A DNA stretch of 64,000 bases from Alphaproteobacteria bacterium (lineage in GTDB: Bacteria > Pseudomonadota > Alphaproteobacteria > GCA-2746255), in contig OZ252220.1 in assembly GCA_965249135.1 (NCBI GenBank), positions 320,001-384,000 of the forward strand, given 5' to 3'. How positions within the stretch are numbered: the first letter of the stretch is position 1; each line of letters starts with the position of its first letter. A model generated the notes under the pieces. That model saw only the letters and a program-made list of their open reading frames with translations, did not search any database and was not told the origin of the DNA. This document shows positions 39,849-48,362 of this stretch, piece after piece. Position numbers and translations under genes: made by a program.

Positions 39849-40182
39849 GGTGGCCCTTTCCGTTCACTCGCGCCGGCACGAGGTGAGACGTGACATCCTC
39901 CCCCCAATCGGGGCGCAGCCCACTTTGCGCGCAGTCAAGTACCAAACGTCGGGTTTCTTCATCTAGATCCGAGACCGCGCGATGCACGACCTCCGCATCG
40001 TGGGCCGGTAGGGGTGACTCACTGCTCGCCATCGCGGCACCTGTAGCCAGAAGGCTGGCGAAGCTACTTGATCGCCACCGTGCCGGCCCGATTCGGGTTC
40101 TTCTCTCGCTCGCTAGTACACATTCCCGCTGATAGGCCCAATGCAGCAACTTCTCGATGTCGATACAGCGCTTTTTGAGCAT
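39846..40182 (-). pseudogene. Prophage-type hypothetical protein, 3'-truncated
   Basis: IDIEKLLHWAY..E / HDAEVVHRAV..L / LV..CA..G.RPDW pattern recalled from alphaproteobacterial prophage proteins. Confidence 0.45.
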
Positions 40183-40320
40183 GCTTATGCGCTATTAGCT
40201 ACTTTTTTAGAACGGCGGTGACAAATTAGTCCACGGAAGCGGCGGGATTTACCAGCCGCGGGCGGAATAAAACTCTGCCACCTGTAGCCTTCGATCCATT
40301 TGGGGATGGAAGGTGGGAGG

Positions 40321-41819
40321 ATGCACACCGTGGATCTTTATCTACGCGTACGGCTGGCCTGCCATGTTGATGGGCTGAGCCAGCGAGAGGCGGCAAGTCG
40401 GTTTGGCATTGCGCGCGAGACGGTGAAGAAGATGCTCCGGCATTCGGAACCGCCGGGATATCGGCGACGTCAGCCACCGAAACGCCCGAAGCTGGCCCCC
40501 TTCACGGATATCATCGACCGTATTCTGGAGGAGGACTGAACGGTTCACCGTAAGCAGCACCACACGGCGAAGCGTATCTTCGAACGCCTTCGCGACGAAC
40601 ATGGCTTCACGGGTAAGGAGACCATCGTAAAGGATTATGTTCGTGAACGGCGCCGTCGTCTGCGTGAGATGTATGTGCCGTTGTCACATCCTCCGGGCCA
40701 TGCTCAAGCGGACTTTGGCGAGGCGGATGCGATCATCGCCGGCGTCAAGTATCGGGCGTATTTTTTCGTTATGACCCTTCCCCACAGCGATGCCTGCTTC
40801 GCTGCGGCCTACCCGGCGGCGGCGACGGAGGCCTGGCTGGACGGGCACAACAGAGCCTTTGTCTTTTTCGGTGGCGTTCCCCAATCGATTCTCTACGACA
40901 ACGACAAGTGTCTGGTGTCGCGCATCTTGCCAGATGGCACGCGGCAACGAACGCGGGCGTTCAGCGGGCTGCAGTCCCATTACCTCTTCGAGGACCGCTA
41001 CGGCCGTCCCGGCAAGGGCAACGACAAAGGCAATGTTGAGGGGGTGGTCGGCTACGCCCGGCGGAACTTCATGACGCCGCTTCCCCGGTTTGCGAGCTAG
41101 GACGCCTTCAATGTCCACCTGGAAGAGCAATGCCGCAACCGGCAAGGCGACGTCCTGCGCGGCCGCCGCGAGAGCATCGGCGAACGGTTTGTGCGTGACC
41201 GCGAAGCGTTGATGTCGCCACTGCCGGCGCCGTTCGATGCGTGCGACAAGCAGGGCACGCGGGTCAGCTCGCTGTCCCTGGTGCGCTACCAGACGAATGA
41301 CTATTCCGTGCCCGTCGCCTACGGCCATCAGGACGTCTGGATCCGTGGCTATGTCCACGAGGTGGTTATCGGTTGCGGCGCCGGGATCATTGCCCGGCAC
41401 CCCCGTTCCTACGACCGGGAAGATATGGTCTTCGATCCGATCCACTACCTGCCTTTGCTGGAGCACAAGATCGGCGCCCTGGACCAGGCCGCGCCGCTAG
41501 CCGGATGGGAACTGCCTGATGCCTTCCCAACCCTGCGCCGTCTCCTGGAGGCGCGCATGGGCAAGGCCGGCAAGCGGGAATACGTCCAGGTCCTTCGGCT
41601 TCTGGAGACCTTCGATCTCGAGGTGCTTCACGGCGCGGTCAAGGACGCCCTGCGCCTGGGTGCGATCGGCTACGACGCCGTCAAACACCTTGTGCTGTGC
41701 CGTATCGACGACGCCCGCCTAAACTCGACCTGGATATCTATCCCTATCTGCCTCGGGCCAACGTGGCGACCACGGCCGCCGCCAGTTATATGAGCTTGTT
41801 GGGTGGAGGCGCGTCATGA
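40321..41819 (+). pseudogene. istA: IstA transposase pseudogene
   Basis: AQADFGEA, LYDN, KGNVEG; stops at 40537-40539 and 41098-41100; frameshift near 41708. Confidence 0.9.
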
Positions 41820-42586
41820 CCGATACACCGCAAGTGTTGCTGGCGCATCACCTCAAGACCCTGAAGCTGCCGACGTTCCTGCGCGAATACGACAAGCTGG
41901 CCCGGCAATGCGCCGCCGCGGGCGCCGACCATGTGCGCTATCTTGTCCGCCTGGCCGAGCTGGAGCTAATCGACCGTGAGCGCCGCATGGTCGAGCGGCG
42001 GATCAGACAGGCCAGGTTCCCCGCCGTCAAAAGCCTCGACAGCTTCGACTTCAAGGTCATCCCATCGCTCAACAAGATGCTGGTCCTGGAACTGGCGCGA
42101 TGTGAATACGTCGCGCGCCGTGAGAACGTCATCGCGCTCGGCAACTCAGGTACCGGCAAAACCCATATCGCCCTCGGCCTCGGTCTGGCGGCCTGCCAGA
42201 AGGGGCTCTCAGTGGGGTTCACCACGGCCGCCGCCCTGGTGCACGAACTGATGGAGGCACGGGACGAGAAGCGTCTGTTGCGCCTGCAGAACCAACTGGC
42301 AAAATATCGCCTTCTGATCATCGACGAACTCGGCTTCGTGCCGCTCTCGAAGACCGGCGCCGAACTTTTGTTCGAGGTGTTCGGCCAGCGCTACGAGCGT
42401 GGCTCCACCCTGGTGACCAGTAATCTGCCGTTCGATGAGTGGACCGAGATATTCGGCTCCGAACGCCTGACCGGGGCGTCGCTGGATCGTCTCACCCACC
42501 ATGTCCATATCCTGGAAATGAATGGCGAGAGCTATCGTCTCAACCAAAGCCGAAAACAGCGGAAATCCCTAAAAATGCCTGCTTAA
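41816..42586 (+). CDS. istB: IstB helper AAA+ ATPase
   Basis: GNSGTGKTH, LIIDELGF, TSNLPF, DRLTHH, GESYR. Confidence 0.93.
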   Translation: MTDTPQVLLAHHLKTLKLPTFLREYDKLARQCAAAGADHVRYLVRLAELELIDRERRMVERRIRQARFPAVKSLDSFDFKVIPSLNKMLVLELARCEYVARRENVIALGNSGTGKTHIALGLGLAACQKGLSVGFTTAAALVHELMEARDEKRLLRLQNQLAKYRLLIIDELGFVPLSKTGAELLFEVFGQRYERGSTLVTSNLPFDEWTEIFGSERLTGASLDRLTHHVHILEMNGESYRLNQSRKQRKSLKMPA

Positions 42587-43014
42587 CCGCCGGTGCAATG
42601 GTTGGCCTGGTAGTCCACAGGAACCTCCCACGCTGCTTCGCTTCGCCTAACGTAAGCGCTACACGGAAGCAGCGCGGGTCCCTCCTATGGACTACCAGGA
42701 CAACCCCCAACACCGCGTACCGCATCACATCAAGTGGACTAGTTTTGCTCCGCCCGGGTGGGCTAATTTTGCTCCGCCGGCGACACTTTTTGTTGGATCT
42801 GCATGAAAACGCTGCTGATCTCGTCAAAAGGGATATCAAAACTCTGTTGATTATCAGACGGTCGAAATTTAGATCAAGAAGCAAAGTCAGGTCTGTCAAC
42901 ATAGGTGTGAACAAGCTGCGAACGAAATATCGCCTTGTGGCCGATTTGTGACGTGGAAGTTCGCGTTTTTACCCATTTTTAGATGATTCTTGGCATAGTG
43001 TTGTCGCGTATCGC

Positions 43015-43043
43015 TTGCGTGAGGCCTTAGGAGACCCTAGATT
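43015..43043 (+). promoter_or_regulatory. Sigma70 promoter of tRNA-Pro
   Basis: TTGCGT-17 bp-TAGATT. Confidence 0.55.
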
Positions 43044-43053
43044 CCCGGGCATC

Positions 43054-43130
43054 TGGGGTGTAGCGCAGCCTGGTAGCGCACCTGCTTTGGGAGCAGGGGG
43101 TCGGGAGTTCGAATCTCCCCACCCCGACCA
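43054..43130 (+). tRNA. tRNA-Pro (UGG)
   Basis: Cloverleaf; anticodon arm CCTGC-TTTGGGA-GCAGG; TTCGAAT T-loop; encoded CCA. Confidence 0.96.
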
Positions 43131-43162
43131 GATGAATGGGTTTTGAGAAGGCCAGGAGTTCG

Positions 43163-43444
43163 ATGATGGCAAGGGTTCGCATCTATCAGCCAACCAAGAC
43201 GGCGATGCAGTCGGGCTCCCAAACCCACGCCTGGGTCGTCGAGTTTGAGCCGTCCGCCCCGCGCGAGACGGAGCCTCTGATGGGCTGGACGAGCTCGCGC
43301 GACACCCGTGCCCAGGTGCGCCTTCGTTTCCCCACGAAGGAAGCCGCCATCCACTACGCCGGGCAACACGGCCACACCTACCGGCTCGTCGAGACGAAGA
43401 CGAGAAGATTGCGACCGAAAAACTACGCCGCGAACTTCCGCTAA
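43163..43444 (+). CDS. ETC complex I subunit (NDUFS4-like)
   Basis: RIYQPTKTAMQSG, EPLMGWTSS.D...QV.L.F, YAANF. Confidence 0.92.
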   Translation: MMARVRIYQPTKTAMQSGSQTHAWVVEFEPSAPRETEPLMGWTSSRDTRAQVRLRFPTKEAAIHYAGQHGHTYRLVETKTRRLRPKNYAANFR

Positions 43445-43503
43445 GTCTTAAGCCCCCCCTTTCTCTTGTATTCCCTGCGGCGCTATAGTCGGGGGTCTTT
43501 GAT

Positions 43504-43580
43504 GCGCCCTTAGCTCAGTGGATCAGAGCGACGGCCTTCTAAGCCGTAGGTCCCAGGTTCGAATCCTGGAGGGCGCGCCA
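43504..43580 (+). tRNA. tRNA-Arg (UCU)
   Basis: GCGCCCT/AGGGCGC acceptor stem; ACGGC-CTTCTAA-GCCGT; GGTTCGAATCC; CCA. Confidence 0.96.
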
Positions 43581-43733
43581 TTTTTCTTATCCCCAGACCA
43601 TGCCGCCGTATGCTGAACTCACCGGCGTTAACCTTAAATTTAGGTAAGGGAACCAGAGTGCAGGCCAAGGATCGCCGCCGCCTTGCCTTCGAACGGCGCG
43701 AATGGTCAAGCACCGAGGATCGAGGCTTTAAGG

Positions 43734-43943
43734 ATGGAATATTTTCTCGAATATCTAAGCGTGAAGCTCAGCATCTACCTCTTCACCGGCGTGCTGATTG
43801 CCGAGGCGCAGGCGATCTTCTTCCTGTTCGCCACCCTGTCGCAAGCCGCTTACAGCAACCCGCGTCTGTGGCTGCTGTTTTTCGGTACGAACAGCGCCAT
43901 CGTCTTCGTGCTGTTGATCGCCCTGGTGGTGGCTCCGGCCTAA
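43734..43943 (+). CDS. Small two-TM hypothetical membrane protein
   Basis: 69 aa, two hydrophobic helices, GC3-biased codons. Confidence 0.55.
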   Translation: MEYFLEYLSVKLSIYLFTGVLIAEAQAIFFLFATLSQAAYSNPRLWLLFFGTNSAIVFVLLIALVVAPA

Positions 43944-43967
43944 AAACGCTTCACTGAAGGGTGCCCG

Positions 43968-44639
43968 TCACTGAAGGAGGAACGTCACCATCGTGCCCCG
44001 CTTCGAGGGGAAGCGGGCCTTCACGACGACCCCATCCTCGCCGTACCAGATGTTGCCTTGCACCGGCTTTCCCTTTCGCATCTGGGTCACCGCGTAAGCC
44101 CGCGTCGGACGGTCGCGGCCAGCGGCCGAAATCACCGCTTCACCCAGATATTCGGAGCGCACGTCCTTCATGCGCCCCTTCAAGGGGCTGAAGATTTTTG
44201 GGCTTTTGAGCGTTCCTTCGCACCAGATGGCATGGGAGAGAAGCGGCGTCGCGATTTTCGAAACGCCGCCGTTCGTGTTCACCTTGAGGCCTTTGCCGTT
44301 CGGTGTGATGCGAATGTCGGTGGCGCGGGCGTTGTCGACCGTCCGGCCCGTGAACCGGTGAAAGCTGTCCTCTACCCAGATATCTTCCGATTGATGGCGG
44401 TAGTTCAGGATCGGGATCAGGAAAAAAAGTTTCACCTTCACCTTGATGAGCGTCGAGACCTTCGTCATCTCACCGTTGCGTGTAAAGTCGATCCACACGC
44501 CGCCGACCGGGCGGTCGTCGTTGAAGACGTCGTAATGAAGCTTGTTTGCGGGAAGCGGGCAGGCGGCATCTGCCGTCTTCGCGAAGAAGAGAAGAAGGCC
44601 AAAGCCAAGCAAAAAGATCCGGATCAAACGGCCATGCAT
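43968..44639 (-). CDS. Exported protein, DUF6134-like
   Basis: Signal peptide; YDVF..DRPVG, Y.H.SEDIW, IWY..DG. Confidence 0.6.
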   Translation of the reverse strand: MHGRLIRIFLLGFGLLLFFAKTADAACPLPANKLHYDVFNDDRPVGGVWIDFTRNGEMTKVSTLIKVKVKLFFLIPILNYRHQSEDIWVEDSFHRFTGRTVDNARATDIRITPNGKGLKVNTNGGVSKIATPLLSHAIWCEGTLKSPKIFSPLKGRMKDVRSEYLGEAVISAAGRDRPTRAYAVTQMRKGKPVQGNIWYGEDGVVVKARFPSKRGTMVTFLLQ

Positions 44640-44707
44640 CTTAACTTCCCACCTTTGCACGCGGGGTCGGTTTCCAGAAAAGTATAACAGGCCCGCGCGT
44701 TCCCGGC

Positions 44708-45511
44708 CTAGTCGGAGCGGAAGCCGAAACGCTTGAGGATCTCCTGGACTTCCGTCTCCTGCAGGAAACGGGTGAAGTTCGACACCGCCGGTTCCGTCCG
44801 CGTGCCGATGGGAACGACGTGGTAACGGATGGGCGCGTGGGTGGTCTTCGGGATGACGCCGATCACCTTCACCCGGTCGCTGATCACCGCGTCCGTCGCA
44901 TAGACGATGCCGGCGTCCGCCTCACCGCGTTCGACCTTGGTAAGCACGTCCCGGACGTCGCGGGCGAAGAGGAAATAGGGCGTAAGCGCCTCCCAAAGCT
45001 CGATCCGGGTGAGCGCCTCCTGGGCGTAGCTCCCGGCCGGCACGGTGCCCGGCTCGCCGATGGCGATGATCCGCCCGCCCAGGTTTTTCGTGATGTGAAG
45101 GCCAAGCGGAATGCCAAGGGTGAGTGAGCTGTCAACGCGCGCGATGAAGACGAGTCCACTGCCCTGAATTTCCGCCGTCTCGCCGGTGGCCTCGATGCTG
45201 CGGGCGGCGAGCGCTTCTTTCCAATTCGGTTGGTCCGTAATCAGCAGGTCGACGGGCGCCCCTTCCGTGATGCGCTGTTCGAGTTCGGTCACGGAAGCAA
45301 ACGTGATCAACACGGCCCCCAGCCCCTTCGCCGCGAAACGGTCGGAGACGACCTGCAACACGTTCGTAAGGCTGGGCGGCGCGTAAACGGTGACCGGCGT
45401 CGTCACCTTCGCGTGCGCTTGGGCAAAGGCCAGCGTCACCGCGATTCCGGCAAGCAACGCGCCCCGGCCCCTCCGCCACCTAGTCTTTGTAAAGTTCTTC
45501 CGGATCGACAA
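44708..45511 (-). CDS. modA: Molybdate/oxyanion ABC substrate-binding protein (start uncertain)
   Basis: GAPVDL, AIGEPGTVPAGSYA, VERGEADAGIVYATDA, HAPIRY, GF terminus. Confidence 0.82.
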   Translation of the reverse strand: MSIRKNFTKTRWRRGRGALLAGIAVTLAFAQAHAKVTTPVTVYAPPSLTNVLQVVSDRFAAKGLGAVLITFASVTELEQRITEGAPVDLLITDQPNWKEALAARSIEATGETAEIQGSGLVFIARVDSSLTLGIPLGLHITKNLGGRIIAIGEPGTVPAGSYAQEALTRIELWEALTPYFLFARDVRDVLTKVERGEADAGIVYATDAVISDRVKVIGVIPKTTHAPIRYHVVPIGTRTEPAVSNFTRFLQETEVQEILKRFGFRSD

Positions 45512-45887
45512 GGACGTCTTCCACGGTTTCGAGTTTCCCCCCGCGCACCGCGCGGAAGAAGCAATGGCGCCGGCCGGTGTGGCAGGCGACCCCTTTCTGC
45601 TCGACGGTCACCAGCACCGCATCGCCGTCGCAATCGATGCGAAAATCGACGAGCGCCTGGGTTTGCTTGGAATTTTCTCCCTTTCGCCAGAGACGGCTTC
45701 GGGACCGGGACCAGTAATGGACTTGGCCGGTTTGAAGCGTCTTTTCGATCGCCTCGCGGTTCATCCACGCCGTCATCAGGACCTCGCCCGTGCCGTCCTG
45801 CTGGGCGATCGCCGGCACCAGGCCGTCAGAGTCGAAGGCGATGGCATCAAAGACTTCCGGCAAGGCGTCGGCCGCAGACTTCGGCAT
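45480..45887 (-). CDS. hisI: Phosphoribosyl-AMP cyclohydrolase
   Basis: GLVPAIAQ, YWSRSR..LWRKGE.S, DCDGD, ACHTGRRHCF. Confidence 0.95.
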   Translation of the reverse strand: MPKSAADALPEVFDAIAFDSDGLVPAIAQQDGTGEVLMTAWMNREAIEKTLQTGQVHYWSRSRSRLWRKGENSKQTQALVDFRIDCDGDAVLVTVEQKGVACHTGRRHCFFRAVRGGKLETVEDVLVDPEELYKD

Positions 45888-45963
45888 CGAAGCTCTCCTC
45901 GTTTTAAGCGTTGGATGGGCGGCAGCGAAGCCTTTTCAGGGATGCGCTAAGCAAGGCGGCCTG

Positions 45964-46872
45964 TCAACTGTCCTTGCCCCCTTCGAGGCAGCGGACGAGA
46001 TGGACGGCGTTCCTTCGCATCATGTCTCCGTAAAGGTCCGGTCCCGGCTCGAGATCGCTGCCCAATGGGTCGAGGGTTTCGATGCGAAGTTCGGCGCCTT
46101 CCCCAAGCCGCTCGACGATGGGCGAGGCGAATTGGGGCTCGCGGAAGAGGCAGCGGATCTTTTGTTCGTGGATCCTTTTCCGAAGCAGGACGAGCCGCCT
46201 GGCCCCAGGTTTTCGTTCCGGATCGATGGCGATCGCGTCCATGGGACCTAAGCCGTAGCGCCGCGCGAGATAGGCGTAGGAATCGTGAAAGACGAGGAAG
46301 GGGCGGCCGGCAAGCGGGCGAAGCGCCGCGCCGAGTTCCTCGTCAAGCGCCCGCAGCCGCCGGATCGCCGCCTCCCGGTTTCGCTGGTAGGCGCGCGCGT
46401 TGGCAGGATCCGCCGCGATGAGGGTTTCGGCCACCACCTCCGTGATGCGCACCGCGTTTTCTGGATCCAGCCAGAAATGAGGGTCGGTAGCGGCCGCTTT
46501 CCCATGGGAATCGTGGGTTTCGCGGGGCTTCAACCGGGTCATCCCCGGCGCGTGGAGAAGGGCTACGGCCCTTGCGTCGGACCCCAGATTGGTGAGCGCC
46601 CGCGCGACGAAGAACTCGAGCTCCGGCCCGGTCCAGAAGACGCGGGTCGCCTTGGCGAGTTTGCGGGCGGCCGACGGGCGAAGGGCGGTGCGGTGGGGGG
46701 AGGCGCCCCCTTCGATCAGCAGCTCCGGCCTTCCGACCCCCTCCATCACCGCCGCCGTGAGCGAGTGGAGTGGGGGCAGGCTCACGACGACCCGGGGCGG
46801 CTCGCCGGCCGAGGCCTGGCCGAGAAGAGCGATCGCCCAGGGAAGGGTCTGAAGAATTCGACGCAAATACAT
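45964..46872 (-). CDS. znuA: Zinc ABC transporter substrate-binding protein
   Basis: GGASPH, DPHFWLDP, FHDSYAY, FREPQF, LDPLG. Confidence 0.93.
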   Translation of the reverse strand: MYLRRILQTLPWAIALLGQASAGEPPRVVVSLPPLHSLTAAVMEGVGRPELLIEGGASPHRTALRPSAARKLAKATRVFWTGPELEFFVARALTNLGSDARAVALLHAPGMTRLKPRETHDSHGKAAATDPHFWLDPENAVRITEVVAETLIAADPANARAYQRNREAAIRRLRALDEELGAALRPLAGRPFLVFHDSYAYLARRYGLGPMDAIAIDPERKPGARRLVLLRKRIHEQKIRCLFREPQFASPIVERLGEGAELRIETLDPLGSDLEPGPDLYGDMMRRNAVHLVRCLEGGKDS

Positions 46873-46939
46873 GAAAAATCTAAGTTTTTAAAAATGTTCC
46901 TGTCGTAGTAAGCATTTGTTTACTTAATGGAACCAATAA

Positions 46940-46962
46940 GCTATGTTATATTATTATTCATT
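46940..46962. promoter_or_regulatory. Zur box in the AT-rich divergent znuA / zur-znuC promoter
   Basis: ATGTTATA-T-TATTAT resembles the ATGTTATA-N-TATAACAT consensus. Confidence 0.6.
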
Positions 46963-47014
46963 CTTTCTTATTATAATACAATGATTTTTATTCTGGATAG
47001 AGGAAAGGAATAGG

Positions 47015-48358
47015 ATGAGCCTGGGAGCCCAAATTGCCGTCCCGCCACCCGGCGAGGGGCACGACCACCGCCGCTGCATGGCCGACGCCCTGAAGGCGGC
47101 GGCCGAGCTTTGCCACCATCGGGGGGTTCGCTTCACGCCCCTACGGCGCCGGGTGCTTGAGCTGATCTGGGGGAGCCACGTACCGTTTGGCGCCTATGCG
47201 ATCCTCGATGCCCTCCAGGAGGGGGGCAAGCGGGTGCGGCCGCCGACCGTCTACCGCGCCCTTAATTTTCTGCAAAAACAGGGGCTTGTTCACCGAATCG
47301 AGTCCCAGAACGCCTATATCGGCTGCGTCGATCCGGCCCGGCCCCATCGCGGCCAGCATCTGATCTGCCGAAACTGCGGCAAGGTCACCGAACTCAACGA
47401 CCGGGCGGTCGAGATGACCCTGCTGTCCGGCGCCAAAGGCAAGGATTTCGCGCTCGATCAGGCAACCGTCGAGGGCGAGGGTCTGTGCCGCGATTGCCGC
47501 CCGGGCGAGGTGCCCCCCCCCTCGGCCCAGACTGCCCGAACGGCCCCGCTTATCAAGGCGCCCGAGCCGGCCGTCCCGGACCGGGGTCAGAACCTCGAAG
47601 GGACCGCGTCGCTGATGGCGGCCAGTGGGCTTTCCCTGGCCAGAGACGGGCTTCTCGTCCTCGATCGGGTGAATCTCACCGTCCATGCGGGCGAGATCGT
47701 CACCATCATCGGTCCGAATGGATCAGGCAAGACGACGCTGGTCCGCACACTCCTTGGCCTGATCGAGCCGGACGCGGGCGAGATCTGGAAGGCGGACGGG
47801 CTTCGCGTCGGCTACGTGCCCCAGGCCTTCGAGGTCGACCCGAACCTGCCGCTCACCGTGGACAGGTTCCTGCGTCTCGGCGGCGGCAAGGCGGCCGAAG
47901 CCCGCGCCGTCCTTGAGTTGGTGGGGGCGGGCCCGCTTCCCGATCACCCGATCCAGCAGCTTTCCGGGGGCGAGATTCGCCGCGTTCTGCTTGCCCGGGC
48001 CCTGCTCAGAAAGCCGAACCTGCTCGTCCTGGACGAGCCCGTCCAAGGCGTCGATATCGTCGGCCAGGCGGAACTCTATAAGCTGATCAATGCGGTACGC
48101 CGTGAGGCGGGCTGTGCGGTGCTGATGATTTCCCACGATCTTCGGCTCGTGATGGCGGCGACGGACGAGGTCGTCTGCCTCAACCACCATGTCTGCTGCG
48201 CCGGCCATCCGGAGGCGGTGAGCCGGCACCCGGAATATCTGGCGCTGTTCGGCGAGGAGGCCGACGAGAAAAGCTTTGCCGTCTACACCCACCGCCACGA
48301 CCACCGTCACGACGAGGCGGGGAACGTCGTGCCCTTCGCTGGGTCCGGGGAGGCTTGA
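47015..48358 (+). CDS. zur-znuC: Fused Zur (Fur-family regulator) and ZnuC ABC ATPase
   Basis: N-terminal: HDH..C, TPLRRRVL, PPTVYRAL.FL, CRNC, CRDC; C-terminal: GPNGSGKT, GYVPQ, LSGGE, LDEP, SHDL, CLNHHVCC.GHP, YTHRHDH.HD. Confidence 0.9.
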   Translation: MSLGAQIAVPPPGEGHDHRRCMADALKAAAELCHHRGVRFTPLRRRVLELIWGSHVPFGAYAILDALQEGGKRVRPPTVYRALNFLQKQGLVHRIESQNAYIGCVDPARPHRGQHLICRNCGKVTELNDRAVEMTLLSGAKGKDFALDQATVEGEGLCRDCRPGEVPPPSAQTARTAPLIKAPEPAVPDRGQNLEGTASLMAASGLSLARDGLLVLDRVNLTVHAGEIVTIIGPNGSGKTTLVRTLLGLIEPDAGEIWKADGLRVGYVPQAFEVDPNLPLTVDRFLRLGGGKAAEARAVLELVGAGPLPDHPIQQLSGGEIRRVLLARALLRKPNLLVLDEPVQGVDIVGQAELYKLINAVRREAGCAVLMISHDLRLVMAATDEVVCLNHHVCCAGHPEAVSRHPEYLALFGEEADEKSFAVYTHRHDHRHDEAGNVVPFAGSGEA

Positions 48359-48362
48359 GAAC

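Larger units (their letters stand above)
40207..42785 (+). mobile_element. IS21-family element
   Basis: Terminal repeats GGCGG...AAA(T/C)TAG(T/C)CCAC at both ends; right end ..CGACA; CTTTT duplicated at 40202-40206 and 42786-42790; left terminal TG degraded. Confidence 0.9.
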
